Positions 43,498 through 53,552 of a stretch of DNA of 62,854 bases are shown one piece after another. Where the stretch lies: positions 1 through 62,854 of the forward strand of contig SVSA01000001.1 of NCBI GenBank assembly GCA_015064545.1, in the 5' to 3' direction. This DNA is from Oscillospiraceae bacterium. GTDB taxonomy: Bacteria > Bacillota > Clostridia > Oscillospirales > CAG-272. The first letter of the stretch is position 1, and each line of letters starts with the position of its first letter. Both the position numbers and the translations under genes were made by a program. Under the pieces are notes generated by a model that ran no database searches, was not told where the DNA came from, and worked only from the letters and a program-made list of their open reading frames with translations.

Positions 43498-46080
43498 ATG
43501 TCTATGACACCGATGATGCAACAATACCTCGAAATAAAAAACCGATACCGTGATGCCATCCTGTTTTACCGTCTCGGCGATTTCTACGAGATGTTTTTTG
43601 ACGATGCCAAAACCGCATCCAAGGAGCTGGAGCTGACGCTGACCGGTCGCGCCTGCGGCGACGGTGAGCGCGCTCCGATGTGCGGTGTTCCCTTCCATAG
43701 CGCCGATACCTATATCGGACGCCTGGTTGCCAAGGGGTATAAGGTGGTTGTCTGTGAGCAGATGGAGGATCCCGCCAAGGCAAAGGGCTTGGTAAAGCGC
43801 GATATCGTGCGCGTTGTCACCCCCGGAACGGTTATCGATAATACGCAGCTCGATGAAACGCAGAATAATTATCTCTGCGCCCTTTGCTTTGAGGATGAGA
43901 CGGTTGGTGTAGCCTTCATCGATGTTTCGACCGGCGAAATGTCTGCTACTCGCTTCGACGGGAAGGATCGCATTGATCGTGTGTTGAATGAGCTCGGTAC
44001 CTATTTGCCGCGTGAGCTGATGGTCAATGTGCCGCTTGAGGAAATCCCGACCATTTGCGAATATGCCAAGCAGCGTCTCCATGCCTTTATTACCGATCGC
44101 AGTATCGATCGGTTTGCGTACGGAAAGGCGTTGGCTGTTCTCAGTCGGCAGTTTGGCCAAGAGGCAAACGAGGCTAAGGAAAAGGGAACACCGGTGGTTT
44201 CTGCCTTGGGCGCGCTTCTAACCTATGCCTGTGAGACGCAAATGACCGATATGGCCAATGTTTCGGGCCTGCGCTTATACGATGACGGACAGTATCTCGA
44301 GCTAGATCTGGCAACGAGACGCAATCTGGAGCTCTGCGAAACGATGCGAGCGAAGGAGAAGAAGGGTACCCTTCTTTGGGTGCTGGATCGGACAAAAACC
44401 TCGGCGGGCGCCCGACTGCTTCGTCGTTGGGTGGAGCAGCCGCTCGTCAATGCCTATCAGATCGGACGGCGTCAGCGTGCGGTTGCGGAGCTTTGCTCCG
44501 CCTTTATGGCACGCGAGGAGCTGGCAGAGCAGCTGCGTCACGTATTGGATCTTGATCGCTTGATGACCAAGCTGGTTTACGGAACGGCGACGGCACGCGA
44601 TCTGCGCGCCATTGCCGCAACCGCCGCGCTGATTCCCGAAATCAAGGAGCTGACCGCCGATTTCGTCAGCGAGGAGCTGGCCGATATTCATTTGCATCTT
44701 GACACGCTCAGCGATATCCGTTCGCTGATTGAGAGTGCCATTGTGGAGGAGCCGCCCTTCTCGCTTCGCGAGGGTGGATTTATTCGCCGCGGTTATCATG
44801 CGGAGGCCGATGACCTGTATCTCATTGTTCACGACGGCAAAAGCTATATTGAAAAGATTGCCGAGGAAGAGCGTGAGAAGACAGGAATTAAAAATCTCAA
44901 GGTTGCCTATAACCGCGTGTTCGGCTACTATATCGAGGTAACCAAGTCGAATCTTTCTGAGGTGCCGGATCGGTATATTCGAAAGCAAACGCTGGTGAAT
45001 GCCGAGCGCTTCATTACCGAGGAGCTGAAGGAAAAGGAAACCTTGATTCTTGGCGCCTCCGATCGTTTGAATGCGCTGGAATATGAGCTCTTTACCAAGA
45101 TCCGCGAGGCGATAGCGGGAGAGGTGAAGCGCGTACAGAAAACCGCCGCGCTGTTAGCCAAGCTCGATTGCTACATCAGTCTTGCCGATGCCGCCGTCCG
45201 TTATGGCTATACCTGTCCCGAGATCGAATACGGCTCCTCGATTGTGATCAAAGAGGGCCGCCATCCGGTGGTTGAGCAGTTTGCCAAGGATGGGTATTTT
45301 GTGCCGAACGATACGCTTCTGGATACCAATCACAACCGCCTGATGCTGATTACCGGGCCGAATATGGCAGGTAAATCGACCTATATGCGCCAGGTTGCTC
45401 TTATTACGCTGATGGCTCAGATCGGGTCTTTCGTGCCGGCCAAGGAGGCGCGGATCGGCATCGTGGATAAGATTTTCACCCGTGTCGGCGCTTCGGACGA
45501 CTTGGCTTCGGGAACCTCCACCTTTATGCTGGAGATGAACGAAGTGGCCTATATTCTCAAGAATGCCACCCGCCGCAGTTTGATCATCTATGATGAAATC
45601 GGTCGCGGCACCAGTACCTTCGACGGTATGAGCATCGCCCGTGCGGTGGCTGAATACACGGCAGGCAAGAAGATTGGTGCCAAAACCATGTTTGCCACCC
45701 ACTATCATGAGCTTACCGTGCTTGACAAAGAGATAGAGGGCGTGGTGAATTATAACATTGCCGCTAAGAAAAAGGGAGACGATATTACCTTCCTTCGCAA
45801 GATTGTCAAAGGGGCAACCGATGACAGCTACGGTATTGAAGTAGCCAAGCTGGCTGGCGTTCCCAACGATGTCATTCGCCGCGCCAAGGAGGTGCTCCGT
45901 CTTCTGACCGAGCAGCAGGTCAAGCCCCAGCGGACAGCGCCCGAAATCAACAGTAATATTACTTTTGACGATTTTAAGGCCGATGAGGTCCGAGAAAAAC
46001 TCTTACATACCGATGTCAATCTTCTGACGCCGGTTGAGGCGCTGAATCTTTTGGTTGAGCTGAAGCGCCTTGCCGAATAA
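43498..46080 (+). CDS. mutS: DNA mismatch repair protein MutS
   Basis: 860 aa. TPMMQQYLEIK, FYRLGDFYEMF, Walker A GPNMAGKSTYMRQ, DEIGRGTSTFDG. Confidence 0.97.
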   Translation: MSMTPMMQQYLEIKNRYRDAILFYRLGDFYEMFFDDAKTASKELELTLTGRACGDGERAPMCGVPFHSADTYIGRLVAKGYKVVVCEQMEDPAKAKGLVKRDIVRVVTPGTVIDNTQLDETQNNYLCALCFEDETVGVAFIDVSTGEMSATRFDGKDRIDRVLNELGTYLPRELMVNVPLEEIPTICEYAKQRLHAFITDRSIDRFAYGKALAVLSRQFGQEANEAKEKGTPVVSALGALLTYACETQMTDMANVSGLRLYDDGQYLELDLATRRNLELCETMRAKEKKGTLLWVLDRTKTSAGARLLRRWVEQPLVNAYQIGRRQRAVAELCSAFMAREELAEQLRHVLDLDRLMTKLVYGTATARDLRAIAATAALIPEIKELTADFVSEELADIHLHLDTLSDIRSLIESAIVEEPPFSLREGGFIRRGYHAEADDLYLIVHDGKSYIEKIAEEEREKTGIKNLKVAYNRVFGYYIEVTKSNLSEVPDRYIRKQTLVNAERFITEELKEKETLILGASDRLNALEYELFTKIREAIAGEVKRVQKTAALLAKLDCYISLADAAVRYGYTCPEIEYGSSIVIKEGRHPVVEQFAKDGYFVPNDTLLDTNHNRLMLITGPNMAGKSTYMRQVALITLMAQIGSFVPAKEARIGIVDKIFTRVGASDDLASGTSTFMLEMNEVAYILKNATRRSLIIYDEIGRGTSTFDGMSIARAVAEYTAGKKIGAKTMFATHYHELTVLDKEIEGVVNYNIAAKKKGDDITFLRKIVKGATDDSYGIEVAKLAGVPNDVIRRAKEVLRLLTEQQVKPQRTAPEINSNITFDDFKADEVREKLLHTDVNLLTPVEALNLLVELKRLAE

Positions 46081-46107
46081 ATAACGAACGAAGCAAGTAT
46101 CAAGTAT

Positions 46108-48129
46108 ATGGGAAAGATTAATCTTCTTGAAACACAGGTGGCCAACCTGATTGCTGCCGGCGAGGTTGTTGAACGCCCTGCCTCGGCCATCAAGGAGCTG
46201 ATGGAAAATGCCATCGATGCCGGCGCCACACGCATTACGGCCGAGATCAAAAACGGCGGTGTCTCGCTCATGCGCATTACCGATAATGGGTGCGGTATGA
46301 CGCGAGAGGATGCGCTGCTCTGCATCCGCCGCCATGCAACCAGTAAAATCAAAACAGCGTCGGATCTTGACGGGATCGTGACGCTTGGCTTCCGCGGTGA
46401 AGCCTTGGCCGCGATTGCCTCGGTTTCCAAACTGCGGATTATGACGCGAACTGCCGATCAAGAGCTTGGCGCAATCGTAACCTGCGAGGCGGGTGCGGTG
46501 GTTTCGGTCGAGGAAAGCGGCTGTCCCCTTGGGACAACCATCCTGGTTGAAGAGCTGTTTGCCAATGTACCGGCACGGCGCAAGTTTTTGAAGCGTGATG
46601 CCTCCGAAACGGCGGCGGTAGCGGCCGTGCTGGAAAAAATCGCGCTGTCGCGTCCCGATATTGCCATCAAATTTATCGCTGACGGTACCCTGCGTTTTCA
46701 AACAGCCGGCGATGGCCATTTGCAAAACGTGGTCTATGCGGTTCTTGGCCGTGATTTTGCCAAAAAAATGGTCAAGGTTCACGATATGACCGAGGGTGTT
46801 GAGGTAGAGGGCTTTATCGGAACGCCGGATAACTGTCGCGGCAACCGAGCGGCCGAGAATTTCTTTATCAACGGCCGTTATGTTCGCTGCGGTACCGCCT
46901 CGGCGGCCTTGGAACAGGCCTTTTCCTCCTACATTCCTTCGGACAAGTTTCCGGCCTGTGTTTTGTCCATTACGATCAATCCCGCTTTCGTGGATGTCAA
47001 TGTTCATCCGCAGAAGATGGAGGTCAAGTTTTCAAACGACAAGCCGATCTTCAATGCGGTTTACTGTGCGGTTCGCAATACCCTGATGCACCGTATTGAC
47101 CGTCCTCAGGCACCGGACACAACAAAGCTCAGTGCAGACAGCTACCGCTTGTATAATGATATTCTCACCATGAAAACGGCAACCGATGCCGAGGCGGATA
47201 CCATTGCCGACGAAAAAGAGCGTCTTTCGCGCCGCTATGAGCAGCTGACGGTTCCTGCCGATATCAAGGCGACAACACCTGCCTTTGCCGGTGAGCCCCC
47301 CGTAACCGAGTCGCAGCCGCTTCCCCCTTCAGCAACACCGACTCCTGTTTCAGATCCGGTATTGAGAAAAGAAAATCACTCGTTTTCCGTTTCGCTTGCG
47401 GCGCCGCCCTCCATTACGGTAGAACCGCTTTCGTCGGATACGATTCCGACCGTTACCATCTCCTCGCCAACCGGCGCGGAGATTTCACCGATTCCGTCTG
47501 AGGAGGCTTCCCCCACAGTGACAGCGGAGGCTCCGGCTGTTCCTTGGTTCCGCATTGCCGGTGTGGCTTTTCACTGTTACATTTTCGTCGAGATGGAAAA
47601 TGCCATGCTGATTATTGATAAGCATGCCGCCCATGAACGTGTGCTGTTCGAGCAGATGCGCGAGAATCTCAAGCGCCTGGCACCTCCCGCCTCCCAGCTT
47701 CTCCTGTTGCCGCTTGAGCTCCAACTGAACGGCTCTGAGATCGCGGCGGTTGAGGAATATCGTGACGAACTGGAAAAAATCGGCTTCGCCTTTACGGGTG
47801 GGGAGGAAAATGGACAGACAGCCATTCTTCGCTATCCCTCAGGGTTGACCGAGTCACAGGCAACCGCGATGTTTGCCGAGCTGGCGTCGCGTCTTGCCGA
47901 CGGTAGTGGGGACATATCGGTGACAAGAGAGATCTTTTATGAGAAGGCGCTCTATCAGGCCTCCTGTAAGGCAGCAGTCAAGGCCGGACAGCTGGATACA
48001 CCGGAGACTCTGTCATGGATTGCAGAGCAGGTGATCGTCAATCCGAGAGTGCGCTTCTGTCCTCACGGCCGCCCCGTGGCCTTTGAAATGACCAAAAGCC
48101 AGTTTGAAAAGCAATTCGAGCGGCTGTAA
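46108..48129 (+). CDS. mutL: DNA mismatch repair protein MutL
   Basis: GHKL ATPase N-terminus (IAAGEVVERPASAIKELMENAIDAG, DNGCGM, GFRGEAL), a Pro/Thr-rich linker, and a C-terminal dimerisation/endonuclease domain. Confidence 0.96.
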   Translation: MGKINLLETQVANLIAAGEVVERPASAIKELMENAIDAGATRITAEIKNGGVSLMRITDNGCGMTREDALLCIRRHATSKIKTASDLDGIVTLGFRGEALAAIASVSKLRIMTRTADQELGAIVTCEAGAVVSVEESGCPLGTTILVEELFANVPARRKFLKRDASETAAVAAVLEKIALSRPDIAIKFIADGTLRFQTAGDGHLQNVVYAVLGRDFAKKMVKVHDMTEGVEVEGFIGTPDNCRGNRAAENFFINGRYVRCGTASAALEQAFSSYIPSDKFPACVLSITINPAFVDVNVHPQKMEVKFSNDKPIFNAVYCAVRNTLMHRIDRPQAPDTTKLSADSYRLYNDILTMKTATDAEADTIADEKERLSRRYEQLTVPADIKATTPAFAGEPPVTESQPLPPSATPTPVSDPVLRKENHSFSVSLAAPPSITVEPLSSDTIPTVTISSPTGAEISPIPSEEASPTVTAEAPAVPWFRIAGVAFHCYIFVEMENAMLIIDKHAAHERVLFEQMRENLKRLAPPASQLLLLPLELQLNGSEIAAVEEYRDELEKIGFAFTGGEENGQTAILRYPSGLTESQATAMFAELASRLADGSGDISVTREIFYEKALYQASCKAAVKAGQLDTPETLSWIAEQVIVNPRVRFCPHGRPVAFEMTKSQFEKQFERL

Positions 48130-48195
48130 GAAAGCAAGCGTTTTTCCGAAAGAATACGAACGTCGGACTGTTCTTCCGACAGAAAAGAGAAGAGT

Positions 48196-49332
48196 ATGGC
48201 AAAATTTACCCTGTTAAAAACCGAAGGCGCCGCACGACGCGGCACCTTTGAAACGGTACATGGTATCATTCAAACCCCTGTTTTTATGAATGTCGGCACC
48301 TGCGCGGCGATTCGCGGCGGCGTGTCAACCGACGATTTGCGCGAGATCGGCTGTCAGGTCGAGCTTTCCAATACCTATCACCTGCATATCCGTCCGGGCG
48401 ATCGCTTGATTTATGAGATGGGCGGTATCCATAAATTTTTCAACTGGGATCGTCCGGTGTTGACCGATTCGGGTGGATTTCAGGTGTTTTCGCTGGCTAA
48501 GCTTCGTCGCATAAAGGAGGAAGGTGTTACCTTTCACTCACATATCGACGGAAAAAAGATCTTTATGGGCCCGGAGGAATCCATGCGGATTCAGTCCAAT
48601 CTTGCCTCAACCATTGCGATGGCCTTTGATGAGTGCGTTGAAAATCCGGCCGAATACAAATATGCCAAGAATTCCTGCGACCGCACCTTCCGCTGGCTTC
48701 AGCGCTGTATGGCGGAAATGAAGCGGCTAAACGAACAGCCTGAGACGATCAATAAACATCAGCTTCTGTTCGGCATCAATCAGGGCTGTACGTATGAGGA
48801 TCTGCGCATCAATCATATGAAGCGTATTGCCGAGCTGAATTGTGACGGTTACGCCATCGGCGGTCTTGCGGTAGGTGAAACGGCGGAAGAAATGTATCGC
48901 GTGATTGAGGCGGTTGAGCCGCATATGCCCAAGGATCGTCCGCGGTATCTGATGGGTGTCGGTACGCCGCAGAACATCCTGGAGGCGGTACGCCGCGGTG
49001 TGGATTTCTTTGATTGTGTCATGCCGAGCCGCAATGCTCGCCACGGGAATCTGTTTACGTGGGAAGGAAAGCTGACTATTTTGAATGAAAAATTCAAAAC
49101 CGATCCCCGTCCGCTTTCGGAAAGCTGTGGCTGTCCCGCCTGCCGCAGTTATTCGCGCGCCTATATCCGTCATCTGCTCAAGGTAGATGAAATGCTGGGT
49201 ATGCGCCTGTGCGTTCTGCATAATCTGTATTTTTATAACGATCTGATGCAAAAAATCCGCGATGCGCTTGATCGCGGTGAATTTGAAATGTTCTACCGTC
49301 AGTACATCGATCGCTTGGGAGAACGGGTCTGA
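48196..49332 (+). CDS. tgt: Queuine tRNA-ribosyltransferase
   Basis: TPVFMNVGT, LTDSGGFQVFSL, and zinc site CGCPACRSYSRAYIRHL. Confidence 0.96.
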   Translation: MAKFTLLKTEGAARRGTFETVHGIIQTPVFMNVGTCAAIRGGVSTDDLREIGCQVELSNTYHLHIRPGDRLIYEMGGIHKFFNWDRPVLTDSGGFQVFSLAKLRRIKEEGVTFHSHIDGKKIFMGPEESMRIQSNLASTIAMAFDECVENPAEYKYAKNSCDRTFRWLQRCMAEMKRLNEQPETINKHQLLFGINQGCTYEDLRINHMKRIAELNCDGYAIGGLAVGETAEEMYRVIEAVEPHMPKDRPRYLMGVGTPQNILEAVRRGVDFFDCVMPSRNARHGNLFTWEGKLTILNEKFKTDPRPLSESCGCPACRSYSRAYIRHLLKVDEMLGMRLCVLHNLYFYNDLMQKIRDALDRGEFEMFYRQYIDRLGERV

Positions 49333-49994
49333 TGTCCCTTTCGGTTCTCTATCGTGATCGTGATATGGCAGTCATTGTGAAGCCGGTCGGCGTCTTGTCG
49401 GAGGATCATCCGACCGAGCCATGCGTTCCGGCCATGCTTCGTGACGCAATCGGGAATCCGCAGGCTTATGTCGGTACGGTTCATCGTCTGGATAAGCAGG
49501 TTGGCGGACTGATGGTGTATGCGCTTACGCCGACAATGACGGGAAGGCTCTCCAACGCACTCTCGGAGGAGGGGGCCGGTAAGGAGTATCTTGCCGTACT
49601 GCAGGTGCTTCTTCCTGACGAGGAGGGAACTCTTTGCGACCTGCTGTATCATGACAAACAAAAGAATAAAACCTATGTGGTCAAGCGCAAGCGCAGTGGT
49701 GTCAAGGAGGCATCCCTCTCTTACCGTGTTCTGAAGAGGCAAGAGGGGAAAACGCTTGTGCGCGTACAGCTTCATACCGGCCGCACGCATCAGATTCGGG
49801 TGCAGTTTGCTTCGCGCCGAAGCCCCCTTGTGGGGGACGGTCGTTACGGCGGGGGCGGGGGAATCCCGGCGCTCTTTGCATTTCGCCTGAGCTTCCGTCA
49901 TCCGCGGACAGGAGAAATGGTATGTTATGTCCGGCTACCCGAGGACAATCGACTGGGCGGTCTTTCGCTTGACGATTTAGAGGAGATTATATGA
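49332..49994 (+). CDS. RluA-family pseudouridine synthase (short form, no S4 domain)
   Basis: Catalytic motif HRLDKQVGGLMVYA and HTGRTHQIRVQF. The start overlaps the tgt stop (TGATG). Confidence 0.8.
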   Translation: MSLSVLYRDRDMAVIVKPVGVLSEDHPTEPCVPAMLRDAIGNPQAYVGTVHRLDKQVGGLMVYALTPTMTGRLSNALSEEGAGKEYLAVLQVLLPDEEGTLCDLLYHDKQKNKTYVVKRKRSGVKEASLSYRVLKRQEGKTLVRVQLHTGRTHQIRVQFASRRSPLVGDGRYGGGGGIPALFAFRLSFRHPRTGEMVCYVRLPEDNRLGGLSLDDLEEII

Positions 49995-50875
49995 ACGAAA
50001 CCAATAAAGCACGGATCGGCTTGATTTCGGCGATGCTGATCTTTGGTACTATCGGTATATTCCGTCGCTATATTCTGCTGTCCTCCGGGATGATTGCGCT
50101 TGCTCGCGGCCTTGTGGGAACGCTGTTTCTTCTTGGCGTGCTTGCCGCCAAGCGTCAAAAGCCTGACGGTACGGCGATCAAAAAAAATGCGGCTCTCCTT
50201 TTGCTTTCGGGGATGCTGATCGGCTTAAACTGGGCGCTTCTCTTTGAGGCCTACAATTATACAACAGTGGCAACGGCTACACTCTGTTACTATATGTCGC
50301 CGGTGTTTGTTGTGCTGCTATCTCCCCTTCTTTTGAAGGAGCGTATCACAGGGAAGAAGCTACTCTGCGTGATTGTCTCGCTTTTCGGTATGCTTCTGGT
50401 TTCGGGAATCCTTACCGATACGGGGGAAGCCCGTGACTTCCGCGGAATCCTGTTCGGCTTGGGTGCCGCCCTGTTATATGCCTCGGTGGTGCTGTTGAAT
50501 AAGAAAATTACCGCGATTTCAACCTATGACAAAACGATGGTGCAGCTTGCCGCGGCCGCTGCTGTGATGATTCCGTATTTGTGTTTGACCGAGGATTTCA
50601 GTATCATGGTGTGGCAACCGGTTTCCGTAATCCTGCTGCTGGTGGTGGGTATTCTCCATACGGGAATTGCCTATGCTCTTTACTTTGGGTCCTTTGAGAG
50701 GCTGTCTGCGCAAACAGTAGCAATCTTCGGTTATATTGATCCGGTTGTAGCGGTACTGCTATCGGCTCTTTTCTTGCGTGAGCCGATGAGTCTGACGGCA
50801 GGGATCGGCGCCGTGTTCATTCTGCTGTCGGCCGTGGTCAGTGAACTGCCTTCTGGCAAACCGAAATCCGAATAA
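49991..50875 (+). CDS. EamA/DMT-family transporter
   Basis: 294 aa, ~10 TM segments in two EamA-like halves. ATGA overlap with the upstream gene. Confidence 0.8.
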   Translation: MNETNKARIGLISAMLIFGTIGIFRRYILLSSGMIALARGLVGTLFLLGVLAAKRQKPDGTAIKKNAALLLLSGMLIGLNWALLFEAYNYTTVATATLCYYMSPVFVVLLSPLLLKERITGKKLLCVIVSLFGMLLVSGILTDTGEARDFRGILFGLGAALLYASVVLLNKKITAISTYDKTMVQLAAAAAVMIPYLCLTEDFSIMVWQPVSVILLLVVGILHTGIAYALYFGSFERLSAQTVAIFGYIDPVVAVLLSALFLREPMSLTAGIGAVFILLSAVVSELPSGKPKSE

Positions 50876-50898
50876 GTAGTGGGTCTTTCACAATAAAG

Positions 50899-50926
50899 AA
50901 GGTCCTCGCGATTGTGCGAGGACCTT
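50899..50926. terminator. Bidirectional terminator between EamA and the AraC-family gene
   Basis: 11-bp stem aaggtcctcgc / gcgaggacctt with a 6-nt loop, followed by ttaaaaaaa. Confidence 0.7.
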
Positions 50927-50972
50927 TTAAAAAAATTCTATCTTTCTGAAGATAAGAAGAATAAAACCTTCC

Positions 50973-51947
50973 TTACTGCTTTTGCTTGCGCCAAGCGGTC
51001 GGCGACATGCCGTATTGCTCGCGGAAACGACGATGAAAAAAGCTGTTGTTTTCATATCCGATCGTTTCGGCAATGACAGAAACCGAGAGATCGCTGTGAA
51101 GCAAGAGCTGCTCAGCCTCGGAAAAGCGCTTGTCCTTGACAAGATCACTGAAGGAGGCGCCAAAAATCTCTTTCACTCTGCGGCTGACATATGGAGCAGA
51201 GAGTCCCAGGCGATCGGAAAGCTCAGAAAGTGTAGCCGAGCGGTAGGTGGTTTGAATATAATCCTCGATCCGTTGGCGCAGGAGATCGGATTCCCTTGCG
51301 CCGGTTGTGTGAAGCAGTGTGTCGGGATACATTTCTAAGTAGCGAAAGAGAAGGGAAAGGGTATCGGTGAGAAGGATCTGAGGTGTTTGCTTTTCGAATA
51401 GACTGGCCTCAATCAGATTTTCCATCAGGTTTGCGACGGCAGGCAGACCGATGGTGCGAAAGATTAAAAACCTTGATTTCCCGTCAGTACGTCGATCCTC
51501 GTCGCTGAAATCCCGCAAAGCGGGATGATGACGGAAGCGCGCCGAGGAGAGGGCGGGAAAATCGGGGGAAACAATAAGGTTGACCGCCAGATCATAAGCG
51601 CCGGCCGCGGCAACCGAATGCTTGGCATGACGGTTGAGAACCAGAAGATCGCCTTCTTCCAGCACATAGGTTTGTCCCTCGATGAAATGAATGATGGAGC
51701 CGCGACAGACATACATCATTTCCAAATAATTGTGTGCATGAAGCGGAATGCCGACAAAGCGCGTATGAGGACGCGCCCCGACCATTTGCTGCCCCGAGCC
51801 AATGACATTAAAGAGATAGTCGCGACGGCGCAGAGACATATTGGCAAAAGCGGGCTCGGCATCCGAAAGCAGGCTGTAATTGTCTGCCATGACCGATTTT
51901 TCTACCTCAGAAATGCGCGATAGCTTTTCAAGAAGCTCAGACTTCAC
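50973..51947 (-). CDS. AraC-family regulator (cupin sensor plus HTH), likely the L-rhamnose regulator
   Basis: Cupin-like N-domain (HAHNYLEMMYVCRGS) and C-terminal AraC HTH (IAETIGYENNSFFHRRFREQYGMSPTAWR). The GTG at 51947 after AAAGGA is preferred. The ORF-track start is 52067. It is divergent from rhaB. Confidence 0.8.
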   Translation of the reverse strand: MKSELLEKLSRISEVEKSVMADNYSLLSDAEPAFANMSLRRRDYLFNVIGSGQQMVGARPHTRFVGIPLHAHNYLEMMYVCRGSIIHFIEGQTYVLEEGDLLVLNRHAKHSVAAAGAYDLAVNLIVSPDFPALSSARFRHHPALRDFSDEDRRTDGKSRFLIFRTIGLPAVANLMENLIEASLFEKQTPQILLTDTLSLLFRYLEMYPDTLLHTTGARESDLLRQRIEDYIQTTYRSATLSELSDRLGLSAPYVSRRVKEIFGASFSDLVKDKRFSEAEQLLLHSDLSVSVIAETIGYENNSFFHRRFREQYGMSPTAWRKQKQ

Positions 51948-52095
51948 GGGAATTCCTTTCTGCCGGTAATAACGACGAAGTGAGGATGAGGCTATTTTAT
52001 CACATTTTTGTGCAATTTTCAAGCGTTTCCAAAAAAATATCTTAAAAAAGGACGCAATTATTGGCAAAATACGCTCTTTTATATTCCGTGAAATA

Positions 52096-52104
52096 TGCTA
52101 TAAT
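52096..52104 (+). promoter_or_regulatory. Extended -10 (TGcTATAAT) of the rhaBA operon promoter
   Basis: TGCTATAAT lies 32 nt upstream of the rhaB ATG. The -35 is weak, as expected for an activator-dependent promoter. Confidence 0.4.
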
Positions 52105-52135
52105 GATAATATAAATATGTATGCGGAGGATCAAC

Positions 52136-53521
52136 ATGTATTACTTAGCAATTGATATCGGTGCATCCAGCGGACGTCACATCTTGGGTTCGGTTGTGGA
52201 TGGCAAGCTTGTGATTGAAGAGATGTATCGTTTCCCTAACGGAATGCAAAAAAATGAGGCCGGCACGCTGGTGTGGGATACCGAGGCGCTGTTTGGTCAT
52301 TTGAAGGCGGGACTTGCCGCCTGTGCAAAGGCCGGAAAAATCCCGACATATGTTGGTATCGATACGTGGGGCGTTGACTTTGTTTTGCTTGATGCTGAGG
52401 GCAATCGCATCGGTGAGGCGGTCGGCTATCGCGACAGCCGTACGGAGGGTATGGATGCTAAGGTTTACGAGCAGATTCCGGAGGCAGAGCTGTACGCCCG
52501 TACCGGTATTCAGAAGGCGATTTTCAATACGATTTATCAGCTGGAAGCCGTGAAGCAGACTCATCCCGAATATTTGGAGCAGGCAGAAACGCTGCTGATG
52601 ATGCCTGATTATCTCGGTTACTGTCTGACCGGTGTTGCTTGCTCGGAGTATACCGAAGCGACCACGGGTCAGCTGGTGAAGGCCGGAGAGTGCGAGTGGG
52701 ATTATGAGCTGATCGATCGTCTCGGACTTCCTCGCCGTATCTTCAAGCCCCTGCAGATGCCCGGCTATATTGTCGGCGAGCTTTCGGCAGCTGTGGCGGC
52801 AGAAACCGGCTGCTTCGGCACCAAGGTGATTCTGCCTCCGACACACGATACCGGCTCAGCGGTTGTTGCCGTACCGACCAATGAGGAGGATGTTATCTAC
52901 ATCAGCTCGGGCACCTGGTCGCTGATCGGTGTCGAACGTCTTGTTCCGGATACTACACCGGCAAGCCAGGCGCATAACTTTACCAACGAGGGCGGCTTCA
53001 ACCGTCGTTACCGTTATCTCAAAAATATCACCGGACTGTGGATGGTTCAGTCGATGAAAAAGGAGCTTGGCGGTGATTATACCTTTGATATGCTTTGCAA
53101 TATGGCGAAGGAATACGACGATATTGCATTGCGCATCGATCCGAATGATAACCGTTTCCTTGCGCCCGAAAGCATGATTGCCGAGGTCAAGGCCGCTGTC
53201 GGCCGTCCCGATCTTACGATTGGCGAAATGTTTTCCATTGTATATCACAGCCTGGCCGAGTGCTATCGGATCAGTGTTGCTGAGATTGAAGAGATGCTCG
53301 GCCGCCCGATGAAGGCAATTCATATTGTCGGCGGTGGCTGTAAGGATGATTATCTTTGTGCACTCACGGCCATGGCAACCGGCAAGCCGGTGTATGCCGG
53401 TCCTGTCGAAGCGACCGCAATCGGTAATCTGGTGTCGCAAATGATTACGACCGGTGTCTTTGCCGATCTCGGCGAGGCACGCAATGTAATCTTTAACAGC
53501 TTTGCTGTCAAACGTGTATAA
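52136..53521 (+). CDS. rhaB: Rhamnulokinase
   Basis: FGGY kinase. MYYLAIDIGASSGRHILG, GIDTWGVDFVLLD, HIVGGG. The ATG at 52136 is 5 nt after GGAGGA. Confidence 0.9.
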   Translation: MYYLAIDIGASSGRHILGSVVDGKLVIEEMYRFPNGMQKNEAGTLVWDTEALFGHLKAGLAACAKAGKIPTYVGIDTWGVDFVLLDAEGNRIGEAVGYRDSRTEGMDAKVYEQIPEAELYARTGIQKAIFNTIYQLEAVKQTHPEYLEQAETLLMMPDYLGYCLTGVACSEYTEATTGQLVKAGECEWDYELIDRLGLPRRIFKPLQMPGYIVGELSAAVAAETGCFGTKVILPPTHDTGSAVVAVPTNEEDVIYISSGTWSLIGVERLVPDTTPASQAHNFTNEGGFNRRYRYLKNITGLWMVQSMKKELGGDYTFDMLCNMAKEYDDIALRIDPNDNRFLAPESMIAEVKAAVGRPDLTIGEMFSIVYHSLAECYRISVAEIEEMLGRPMKAIHIVGGGCKDDYLCALTAMATGKPVYAGPVEATAIGNLVSQMITTGVFADLGEARNVIFNSFAVKRV

Positions 53522-53552
53522 TCCAAGATATCACATATAAAGGAGTATGAGT

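Noticed and set aside
43231-44160. 309-aa minus-strand ORF across the miaB end and mutS start
   Set aside because: It is an antisense shadow that overlaps two well-supported genes.
46003-47007. 334-aa minus-strand ORF opposite mutL
   Set aside because: It is an antisense shadow with a Gly/Arg-rich, motif-less translation.
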